NCBI GenBank assembly: GCA_900319365.1
Contig: ONOE01000007.1
Coordinates: forward strand, 1,792 to 65,791
Length of the DNA stretch: 64,000 bases
From: an uncultured bacterium
GTDB taxonomy: Bacteria; Cyanobacteriota; Vampirovibrionia; Gastranaerophilales; Gastranaerophilaceae
Direction of reading: 5' to 3'
Shown here: positions 54,090-62,058 of the stretch, piece after piece
Position numbering within the stretch: position 1 is the stretch's first letter
How the letters are laid out: every line of letters starts with the position of its first letter
Position numbers and translations under genes: made by a program
Notes under the pieces: generated by a model
The model's input: only the letters and a program-made list of their open reading frames with translations
Told to the model about the DNA's origin: nothing
Database searches by the model: none

Positions 54090-54998
54090 ATGTCATTATC
54101 AATTGATTCAACATTAGAATATCTTCAATCGCGGCTCTGCATCAGTGCCGCACGAATGGTTGATTACAAAGACAAAAGCGTCAAAGAAATTATTGAAGCT
54201 GAAGCCGCTCAAGGTAATCAGGCTGCAATTCAACTTGCTGCGGATATGTTTACCGATCCGACTTCGCTTATTGAATTGTTTCAACTTTCCGATCCTAATA
54301 ATAAATTGATAATAATGCGCCAGATGACATCTTCTCAGTTGGAAAAACTTCTTCCTATGCTTGAGCAGGATGATTTGGTTCAGGGGCTAAGATATTTCAC
54401 GATGGATTCATTAATGGATATGCTTGAAAAAATCCCCAAAGAAGAACTTGTTAAAACCGTATTCCAACTGTTTTCGGAAAGACAGGTTATTGAAATGCTG
54501 CCCGAACAACAGTTAGACAAAGTCCTGACAGGTGTTGATATGGATAAAGATTTGGTATTGAAAAATTTAAAATCAATCCCCGAAACTTATCTTCAACAAA
54601 TGATTGAAAGCGTAACGGGTCAGGAAGCACAAAGTTCAAATTCTCAAGATCTTATAAATACAATTTCGCAGTTTGGCGATTTGGATTATAAAAACGCTTT
54701 GAAAAATCTTGATGTTACTCAAAAAAGACGTTTAACCTTAATGATTACAAACACTGATAACAAATATTATTTGAATTTTGATTCTGATGCTTATACGCAT
54801 TTGATGGCTCGGGACAGAGAAAAAGAAGATGTCGTAAAAGCAATGGGTGTAATTAAACCCGAATATCTGCAAAAAATGCTTACCAACTTGCCGCCTGATT
54901 TGCTGCAAGTTGTTACAACACAAATTGATACGGAAAAATTTGCGCATTCATTAATCTTTAAGTTCCCCGAATTGTTGGCACAACTTGTTGCGCAATAA
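54090..54998 (+). CDS. all-helical FliG/MgtE_N-like repeat protein (302 aa)
   Basis: LIELFQLSDPNNKLIIMRQMTSSQLEKLLPMLEQDDLVQGL parallels the FliG middle-domain / MgtE-N pattern (L..FLQ.EHPQTIA..L..L....A..IL..L). The gene has a sigma-28-type promoter. Confidence 0.45.
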   Translation: MSLSIDSTLEYLQSRLCISAARMVDYKDKSVKEIIEAEAAQGNQAAIQLAADMFTDPTSLIELFQLSDPNNKLIIMRQMTSSQLEKLLPMLEQDDLVQGLRYFTMDSLMDMLEKIPKEELVKTVFQLFSERQVIEMLPEQQLDKVLTGVDMDKDLVLKNLKSIPETYLQQMIESVTGQEAQSSNSQDLINTISQFGDLDYKNALKNLDVTQKRRLTLMITNTDNKYYLNFDSDAYTHLMARDREKEDVVKAMGVIKPEYLQKMLTNLPPDLLQVVTTQIDTEKFAHSLIFKFPELLAQLVAQ

Positions 54999-55009
54999 TG
55001 TTTTTAATA

Positions 55010-55498
55010 TCAGGCTATTTTGTTATCGGATAATACGGATATTACAAGTTCAAGAGCTTTGTCTGCAAATTGTTGTTTCATCTCAATTCTCGGGATATCA
55101 GGCGAAAGTTTAATTTCTTTTACCGTTACGATTCCTTTGTATTTAACCGAGGTATACATAAGTCCGACGGGTTTTTCTTTTGTTCCGCCCGTAGGACCTG
55201 CGATTCCCGTTGTGCATAAAGCAATGTCGCAGCCTGTTGCTTTGTTTAAACCGTCAGCCATTGCGTGTGCACATTCTTCACTAACGGCGCCCTGATTATT
55301 CAAAATATCCCAATTTACGCCTAAAATTTTATGCTTTGCCTCATTTGCATAAGTAACAAAGTTTAATTTAACATAATCCGAACTTCCCGAAATGTCGGTC
55401 AGTCTTGAACTTACAAGCCCGCCCGTGCAGGATTCGGCTGTTGCTATGGTTAAATTTTTGTCTTTTAATATTTTTCCCAATTGTTCTTCAAGTGTCAT
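55010..55498 (-). CDS. pncC: nicotinamide-nucleotide amidohydrolase (CinA C-terminal domain / PncC)
   Basis: ATAESCTGGLVSSRLTDISGSS...GIAGPTGG is the CinA_C signature. Confidence 0.88.
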   Translation of the reverse strand: MTLEEQLGKILKDKNLTIATAESCTGGLVSSRLTDISGSSDYVKLNFVTYANEAKHKILGVNWDILNNQGAVSEECAHAMADGLNKATGCDIALCTTGIAGPTGGTKEKPVGLMYTSVKYKGIVTVKEIKLSPDIPRIEMKQQFADKALELVISVLSDNKIA

Positions 55499-55522
55499 AT
55501 TTTTACCTCTTTATCAATAAAT

Positions 55523-56893
55523 TTATCCTGCCGAAACACATGCACTTATTGCATCAATAAGGCGTTTTACGGGAACGGTTTTAATTTTAGTATTTTTTAT
55601 ATCTTTGTTTGCATAAGGAATAATCGCTTTTTTAAACCCTGTTGCGGCGGCTTCATTAAGCATTTTTTCTATATTATTAACGGGGTGAATTTCTCCCGAT
55701 AAACCGATTTCTCCAATAATTACGGTTTGAGGGTCAACAACAACATCTCTTGCGCAGGTTGCAATTGCAAGCGCAATCCCAAGGTCTGAACTCGGGCCGC
55801 TTACATCGACTCCGCCTGTTACATTTACATAAACGTCCTGTTTAGACAAATTTAAACCGACCCTTTTTTCAAGAACGGCAAGGATTTGTAGCAATCTGCT
55901 AAATTCTACCCCGTTTGCAACTCTCCTCGGGGAGGAATAAGGTGTTGCCCCGACTAATGCTTGAATTTCCGCTAACAGAGGTCTTGTTCCGCTGTCTGTT
56001 ACTATTATTGCGGTTCCGGGGATATTTTCAAGCGATCTTTCGTTTAAAAATAATTGATTGGGGTTTTTAACTTCTTTCAATCCGTCCGACTTCATCTCAA
56101 AAATTGCAACTTCCGAGGTGTCGCCAAAACGGTTTTTCATAGATCGCAAAATCCTGAACGATTTGTATCTGTCCCCCTCAAAAGAAATTACGGTATCAAC
56201 CATATGCTCTAAAACCTTTGGACCTGCAATGTTTCCGTCTTTGGTAACGTGCCCGATTATTAAAATGGTTATGCCTTTTGTTTTTGCAATTTGAGTTAAA
56301 CGATTGCAGCATTCTCTTATTTGTGAAATGCTGCCTGACGAGCTCGAAACTGTATTTGTATAAACGGCTTGAATACTATCTATAACAACAAATTGAGGCT
56401 CAATTTCATCAATTTGATTAATGATATTTTCAAGATTTGTTTGAGGGTATATGTATAAACTACCGTCTTTTACTCCAAGTCTTTCGGCTCTTAATTTCAA
56501 TTGCTTTGCGGATTCTTCTGCCGAAACATACAAAATCTTTTTGCTTTGTTTGGCAAGTTCACCGCTTGTTTGAAGCAAAATGGTAGATTTTCCTATCCCG
56601 GGATCTCCCGCAATCAAAACAACAGAACCTTGGACAAGTCCTCCGCCCAAAATTCTGTCAAATTCGGAAATATTTGTGCTTATACGTATTTCTTTCCCCG
56701 GTTGAATATCTGAAATTAATTCGGCTTTTGTTCCGTCAGGTATAAATGCCGAATTTTGCGCAGAAGTTTTTGAATCAGTTTGGACTTCTTCCACAAAACT
56801 TCCCCACGAAGAACATTCGGGACATTTCCCCAGATATCCTGCGCTTTCATATCCGCAATTTTGACATACCCATTTTGATTTGACTTTTGCCAT
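55523..56893 (-). CDS. radA: DNA repair protein RadA/Sms
   Basis: N-terminal C4 zinc finger (WVCQNCGY...CPEC), Walker A GDPGIGKST, a KNRFG motif and a Lon-like C-domain. Confidence 0.95.
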   Translation of the reverse strand: MAKVKSKWVCQNCGYESAGYLGKCPECSSWGSFVEEVQTDSKTSAQNSAFIPDGTKAELISDIQPGKEIRISTNISEFDRILGGGLVQGSVVLIAGDPGIGKSTILLQTSGELAKQSKKILYVSAEESAKQLKLRAERLGVKDGSLYIYPQTNLENIINQIDEIEPQFVVIDSIQAVYTNTVSSSSGSISQIRECCNRLTQIAKTKGITILIIGHVTKDGNIAGPKVLEHMVDTVISFEGDRYKSFRILRSMKNRFGDTSEVAIFEMKSDGLKEVKNPNQLFLNERSLENIPGTAIIVTDSGTRPLLAEIQALVGATPYSSPRRVANGVEFSRLLQILAVLEKRVGLNLSKQDVYVNVTGGVDVSGPSSDLGIALAIATCARDVVVDPQTVIIGEIGLSGEIHPVNNIEKMLNEAAATGFKKAIIPYANKDIKNTKIKTVPVKRLIDAISACVSAG

Positions 56894-56895
56894 AG

Positions 56896-57120
56896 TTACT
56901 TGATAATGTTAAAACCTATTAAAAATGAACAAATAATGAATATTGCGCAAAACAGACCCGTAACTTTATTCAATCCTTTTTCTGCGCTTTTTTGAGATGC
57001 AAAAATATGAGAAGCTCCGCCGATTCCTCCAATGCCGTCGCCTTTAGGCGAGTGCATTAAAATCAATATTATTAAAAATGTTGCGGTTATAGTTGATACT
57101 ATCCATAAAAAATTTGCCAT
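56896..57120 (-). CDS. secG: preprotein translocase subunit SecG
   Basis: 74 aa with two TM helices separated by a Gly-rich loop (SPKGDGIGGIGGAS). Confidence 0.85.
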   Translation of the reverse strand: MANFLWIVSTITATFLIILILMHSPKGDGIGGIGGASHIFASQKSAEKGLNKVTGLFCAIFIICSFLIGFNIIK

Positions 57121-57801
57121 TTATTCTTTTTCTCCTTTTTTTATAAAATGAGCTCTTTTGGAGTCAAGTTTAATTCTTTCGAAAGTGTATAATCTTGCGG
57201 GTCTTTTTGAAGATGATTTTGTATATTCATCTAATTCTACCAACCCTTCTGTTGCGAGTGCTTTTTTTCTGAAGTTTCTTTTATCCAGTTTCTTTTGCAT
57301 AATAAGTTCATAAGCCTTTTGCATTTCGGTTAAAGTGAATTTTTCAGGTAACAACTGGTATGCAACAGGGCATATTTCGAGTCTTTCTCTTGTTCTTTTG
57401 AGCGAATATTGAATAATTTCTTTGTGGTCGAATGCCAGAGGCGGCAAATTGCTGACCTTGTGCCACCCCAGTTCGGGTGTTGAAACGATTTGAATATCTT
57501 TGGCACGAACAAGTGCAAAGTATGCACAGGTTATAACCCTTGCATTCGGGTGTCTTAACGGATCGCCGAATGTATACAACTGCTCAAGATAAATGTTATC
57601 AACGGCAGTTTTCTCTTTTAAAATTCTTAAAGCTGCCTCGTCAAGGTTTTCCGATAATCTTATATAACCTCCGGGGATGGCCCATCTGTCTTTAAACGGT
57701 TCGTTTGTTCTTTTTACAAGCAAAACCTGCAATGCGTTATTTTTAATGGTAAGTATAACGACATCGACAGTAATTTCATGAGTTTTAGTTTCGTTTAACA
57801 T
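57121..57801 (-). CDS. Nudix hydrolase fused to a C-terminal winged-helix domain (NrtR-like)
   Basis: Nudix fold (WAIPGGYIRLSENLDEAALRILKEKT). The C-terminal roughly 90 aa (FTLTEMQKAYELIMQKKLDKRNFRKK) match the NrtR wHTH region. Start taken at the ATG at 57801, after GAGGA. Confidence 0.72.
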   Translation of the reverse strand: MLNETKTHEITVDVVILTIKNNALQVLLVKRTNEPFKDRWAIPGGYIRLSENLDEAALRILKEKTAVDNIYLEQLYTFGDPLRHPNARVITCAYFALVRAKDIQIVSTPELGWHKVSNLPPLAFDHKEIIQYSLKRTRERLEICPVAYQLLPEKFTLTEMQKAYELIMQKKLDKRNFRKKALATEGLVELDEYTKSSSKRPARLYTFERIKLDSKRAHFIKKGEKE

Positions 57802-57911
57802 TATTCCTCGCACAAAAATTATCTATACAAATATTATTATAAACATGCCGTAGAGAAAATACCCGATTTGTTAAGCTGCTTAACATAATTTAATATTTTT
57901 GTAAAAATCAT

Positions 57912-57946
57912 GCAATTATTTATGAGAAATATACTTTATATATATA
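57912..57946 (+). promoter_or_regulatory. GCAATT-N15-ACTTTATATATATA element, copy 7
   Basis: Exact copy. 19 nt separate it from the ATG at 57966. Confidence 0.6.
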
Positions 57947-57965
57947 CAAGGGGATTTAAGGGATT

Positions 57966-58655
57966 ATGTTAAACACGGTATTTCAATCAAATATAACTAT
58001 AAGCGGCTATCCTTGCATGCCGTGTGCTAATCCGTTTATGGCTGCAGCACCTGTAGTAAATCCTTTTATGGGAGGTTCAATATTTAATTTCGGAACTCCG
58101 TTTGTTCCGTTTATGCCGGCAATGCCCGCTATGCCGATTTTCAACTTCCCTATGTTTAACTTTCCGATGTTAAACTTCCCGTTCTTCGGGTTCAGAAGCA
58201 ACGGTGCCGAAACTCAACAAAACATTCCGTCATCAACTTCTTCAAAAATCAAAACAGGTTTGTTAAAAGGCAACTTGAAAGGTAAAGAAGCTTATATCAC
58301 TTCATTATGTGAAAAATACGGGGTAGATGTCGGAGTTGTTCTTTCTATCATCGGTCAGGAATCAGGTTTCGGAACAAGCAATCTTGCAAAACACAACAAC
58401 TTCATGGGCTACAGAGCTGCAGGAGATGCAGGTAAAAACGAAAAAGGTTACGGCTACTTCTCAACTCCCGAAAAAGGGCTTGAAGCTGCAATTAAAAACC
58501 TTGCAAATTATCCTGCAAAATACAAAAAACAAGGCGTAACGAAAATCGATTTCAATAACATTGATGCAATCGGCAGAATCTATTGCGAAGGTTCTTCATA
58601 CAGCAACTCTTTAAGAAATATCTACAACAAAACAGTTAAACGCTACCTTGCATAA
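57966..58655 (+). CDS. FlgJ-type N-acetylglucosaminidase domain protein with a Met/Phe/Pro/Asn-rich low-complexity N-terminus
   Basis: The C-terminal IIGQESGFGTSNLAKHNNFMGYR matches the glucosaminidase (FlgJ C-domain) signature QESGWG.S.LA...NN.FG. The N-terminal 80 aa are PFM/NFP repeats (PFMPAMPAMPIFNFPMFNFPMLNFPFFGF). Confidence 0.7.
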   Translation: MLNTVFQSNITISGYPCMPCANPFMAAAPVVNPFMGGSIFNFGTPFVPFMPAMPAMPIFNFPMFNFPMLNFPFFGFRSNGAETQQNIPSSTSSKIKTGLLKGNLKGKEAYITSLCEKYGVDVGVVLSIIGQESGFGTSNLAKHNNFMGYRAAGDAGKNEKGYGYFSTPEKGLEAAIKNLANYPAKYKKQGVTKIDFNNIDAIGRIYCEGSSYSNSLRNIYNKTVKRYLA

Positions 58656-59918
58656 TTATTTAGTTTTGAAATTATCCATCGGAAGTTTGAATTTTTGGTA
58701 ATAATATTTGATTAAATTTTCTACATTCGGCCAACCGACAACATGTGATATATTTACTTTTTTATCATACAAAAAGTCGTGATAGCTTACCTGATAATTG
58801 TCAAAACATGCCAAATCAAGCCACAAATTATCATGTATTCTGCCTTTTTCGTATTCCGGGAGATTTTTTGCATAATACGGGTTTGCATCGGCTATAATAT
58901 CTATAAAATTCTTTCTGCCGTAGTGCGCTACATAATTTTTTCTCGGCGAATAATCCTGCGGGTGAGTAATAACCTTGTGAATAGTATCCGCAAGAGATTC
59001 GGGAGTAAATTTAGGAACATATTCTCCGCTGTTGCCAAAAAATATCGGGAATTTCCCTCTTGCGTATTTATTAAAATCTTTAAAAACAACTATGGGTGTG
59101 TTGCAGCTTTGAGCTTCGCTGATAAATCTGTTTTTTCCCTCAATAAGCGACCCCAGAACGCAGCATTTTGCAGCCGAATAATATTTTGATAAGTGTTTAT
59201 ATTCAATAAACGGATAAAAATCGATATAATCTTTTGTTCTGTTGTCAAAGATTTGATCTACGTATTGCAGCTGCTTTTTGCCGTAATCCTCCATTTTTGA
59301 ATAATCTAAAGAACCGTCCTCTCTCCTTACGGCAGATCTTCGCCCGATTGCATAAACGCATTTTAATCTCCTGCCGTATTTTCTTTCATATTCTTTTAAA
59401 GCAACCGCAATAATAGGAAGATTTTTTACGGGGAACGGAGTTGAAACGCAAAAAACATCAATTGTTTTGGGCGTATTTGGTACGGGTGCGATATAATATT
59501 CGTTCAAAAAATCCGCATCCTGCAAGGGTAAAAACATTATGTTTTTGGTTTCGGGGTGTTTCTTTTTATAATATTTTTCTCTTGCCTCATTCTTATAACA
59601 TGTGAAAAAGTAATCCGCTCTTGTATTTCTTGGGTATGAGCAAAACATTGAATTAGCAATGACAAAAAATATCTGCTTTAATTCGGGGTATTTGTCTAAA
59701 ATCATTCTCGTTGCCTGTGAATAGAAAACCCCTTTTAATAATTTCCCCTCATAAACTACGGGCGGAAGCGGAACAACCATATTGAGGTTTGCATGCAGTC
59801 TTTCGGTTCCTTCATATCTGTCCTCAAAACTGTATCCGTCTATATCGTCCCAAATACGCTCAATCGGCTTATCAATTTTCGGATTGTGCATATAGATTTC
59901 GGGCCAAATATTTTCCAT
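58656..59918 (-). CDS. probable GT-B fold (GT4-like) glycosyltransferase
   Basis: 420 aa. SLIEGKNRFISEAQSCNTPIVV resembles the GT4 E..G....EA...G.PVV motif. The assignment is weak. Confidence 0.5.
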   Translation of the reverse strand: MENIWPEIYMHNPKIDKPIERIWDDIDGYSFEDRYEGTERLHANLNMVVPLPPVVYEGKLLKGVFYSQATRMILDKYPELKQIFFVIANSMFCSYPRNTRADYFFTCYKNEAREKYYKKKHPETKNIMFLPLQDADFLNEYYIAPVPNTPKTIDVFCVSTPFPVKNLPIIAVALKEYERKYGRRLKCVYAIGRRSAVRREDGSLDYSKMEDYGKKQLQYVDQIFDNRTKDYIDFYPFIEYKHLSKYYSAAKCCVLGSLIEGKNRFISEAQSCNTPIVVFKDFNKYARGKFPIFFGNSGEYVPKFTPESLADTIHKVITHPQDYSPRKNYVAHYGRKNFIDIIADANPYYAKNLPEYEKGRIHDNLWLDLACFDNYQVSYHDFLYDKKVNISHVVGWPNVENLIKYYYQKFKLPMDNFKTK

Positions 59919-60037
59919 TACATTAACCTCCTAAATATAGTTTTCCTATGCTAATCATAAAAGAGCGGACCGAACAAGTCAATATTTCGGTCCGCAAAAT
60001 CCATCATAAATATTATCTTCAATTTTTGAAATTTATT

Positions 60038-60937
60038 TTATTTGTTGTGCCAGTTTGCTTTTCCTGCGCCTGCTTCTCCAGCATACTGGTTAAGTTCGAT
60101 AGCATCGCCGTGCCAACGTAATTGGTAAATCTGTCCGTCGCCGTCTGCTTTATATGATGCAATACCGTTTTTAACTTCAACAAATGTACACTTGTGTCCT
60201 CCGACGGTAATTGTATCATACCAGCCTTCTTTATTTTTCGTGCCGTATTTTGTTTCGCCGGTAATGGATGTATTATTTACGTGGTCTGCGATGATTATGT
60301 TGCCTTTAACGTCATCAGCTTTAACACCTGATTTATCTTCATGTTTTGTCGTTTTGCCGTCGTTGTCCGGCTTATCGGTGTCAGGTTTTTGTACGTCAGT
60401 ATTATTACTTTGTTTTTCATATCTTTTATTCAAAATATCAATCATTTCTTTAGATGTTGATGCTGTCGGGATAGGATCTTTATCAGAGTTATCGTCTGTT
60501 GCAACGAATTGTTTACTTGCTTTATCGTATATTACTTTCAAACCGTGTTTGCCATACAGCGTTTTCATGTTTGCAATTGATGCATCTGTATCATCGCCTT
60601 GAGGTTTAGCCTGTTGAGTTGTAGCGTTATTAAGTACGCCGAAAATATTGCCAAACGGGCTCATCATGCCCATATTGCCCATCATTCCGAAGTTGTTAAA
60701 TGACGGCATTCCCATATTGCTAAATATTGAGCAGCCACCCATATTCCCGCTGCCAAACAAACCTTGAGTTAAGCCGCCCATAAATCCCCAGAATCCCGAG
60801 GGACCGTTTTTAATATTAATGTTCTGCGTAATACTTACGTTTCTGCCTGCGGGCATCGGGGGCATTCCGCCTCCACGAAACCTGAACGGTACGTTCTGGA
60901 ACATATCCTGCGATCTGAAAAAATTATAGTATGCCAT
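60038..60937 (-). CDS. hypothetical protein with a Gly/Met/Phe/Asn-rich low-complexity N-terminus, a D/K/T-rich linker and a globular C-domain
   Basis: ORF 60038-60949. The ATG at 60937 is preceded by GGAGAGAG. The sequence contains GFWGFMGGLTQGLFGSGNMGG...NFGMMGNMGMMSPFGNIFG. Confidence 0.5.
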   Translation of the reverse strand: MAYYNFFRSQDMFQNVPFRFRGGGMPPMPAGRNVSITQNINIKNGPSGFWGFMGGLTQGLFGSGNMGGCSIFSNMGMPSFNNFGMMGNMGMMSPFGNIFGVLNNATTQQAKPQGDDTDASIANMKTLYGKHGLKVIYDKASKQFVATDDNSDKDPIPTASTSKEMIDILNKRYEKQSNNTDVQKPDTDKPDNDGKTTKHEDKSGVKADDVKGNIIIADHVNNTSITGETKYGTKNKEGWYDTITVGGHKCTFVEVKNGIASYKADGDGQIYQLRWHGDAIELNQYAGEAGAGKANWHNK

Positions 60938-60962
60938 AACTCTCTCCAAATTCTTACTTCTT

Positions 60963-60997
60963 TATATATATAAAGTATATACTCATGCAAGAATTGC
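60963..60997 (-). promoter_or_regulatory. GCAATT-N15-ACTTTATATATATA element, copy 8
   Basis: Exact copy. 25 nt separate it from the ATG at 60937. Confidence 0.6.
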
Positions 60998-61025
60998 GCA
61001 TGTTTCGGGGAATCTTAATATTTGT

Positions 61026-61394
61026 TTACAAAATGTTTTGAATCTCTTTTTCAAAAATTTTCATCATTTCGTTGTATCTGGTTTTATCTTTCAAAAACCA
61101 CCAACCGATTAATGTTTCAAATGCGGTAGAGAGTCTGTACTCATGTTGAATGCCTCGTCTGCCGACGGGTATGGGTAAATTTCTTGCTCGTTTTACGATT
61201 TCAAGTTCTTTGGGGGTAAGTAAATTTTCAATATGATTTAGCAGAGCAACCTGAGAAAAAGTGTTGACAAGTTTAGTCGTAAGGTTATGCAATTTTTTGG
61301 AATTGTTTGTCATAAAGACCGTACGTTCTCTTATAAACAGTTCCCAAACCGAATCGCCAAGATATGCATAATTTCTTAAATTCATTTCCTGCAT
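61026..61394 (-). CDS. mrnC: mini-ribonuclease III
   Basis: 122 aa. YLGDSVWELFIRE and NLPIPVGRRGIQHEYRLSTAFETLIGW match the Mini-III family. Confidence 0.82.
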   Translation of the reverse strand: MQEMNLRNYAYLGDSVWELFIRERTVFMTNNSKKLHNLTTKLVNTFSQVALLNHIENLLTPKELEIVKRARNLPIPVGRRGIQHEYRLSTAFETLIGWWFLKDKTRYNEMMKIFEKEIQNIL

Positions 61395-61466
61395 GGAATT
61401 ATTTTACAACAAATATAATCTGTTGAGGGATTTTTAAGAGATTATTTTAGTGATTTTAATAGTAAA

Positions 61467-61997
61467 ATGAGCCGAATTGTAGTTCTGATATTGTATATAA
61501 TTTTTGTTTGCCAAAGTGTTTGCGCAAATCAAATTCTCCCGCACTATTACGAATATTCGCCAAAGATGGCATTAAAAACTCGAGAATTTGTAATGTATAA
61601 ACAAAAGTACTATGCTCTTTATTTTAATGCCCTGTCGCTTGATTATAAGCAAAGCATTGAATTTGAAAAGAATTTGAAAAATTATGACAAAATGTATAAT
61701 GATATTACGGATAAATTGATTAAAGAAACAAAGAAATATGAACTTATGAAAGAAAATCATCTACCGATTTTAGAGATTTCGGAACAAAAGAAGATAATAA
61801 ATTCTTTATACAAAGATTTAAAAAAAATTTCCAAAACTGAAACAAAATCTCTAAAAACAATTTTAAATAAAGAACAGCTGCAAAGATACAAATTGCTCAA
61901 TCATCTGGAATCTCATGATATAAAAAAATCTTTGCACGAAAAAGATTATTATAAATCAAATCCGAAAATGACAAAATTCGGCAATCCCGCTAAATAA
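61467..61997 (+). CDS. hypothetical secreted/periplasmic Lys-rich helical protein
   Basis: N-terminal signal peptide (MSRIVVLILYIIFVCQSVCANQ). The rest is K/E-rich and helical. No family recognised. Confidence 0.45.
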   Translation: MSRIVVLILYIIFVCQSVCANQILPHYYEYSPKMALKTREFVMYKQKYYALYFNALSLDYKQSIEFEKNLKNYDKMYNDITDKLIKETKKYELMKENHLPILEISEQKKIINSLYKDLKKISKTETKSLKTILNKEQLQRYKLLNHLESHDIKKSLHEKDYYKSNPKMTKFGNPAK

Positions 61998-62058
61998 AAC
62001 TTGTTTGTGATAAAATAAATATCAGAAATTAAATATTTTTAAATATAGAGGATGTGTA

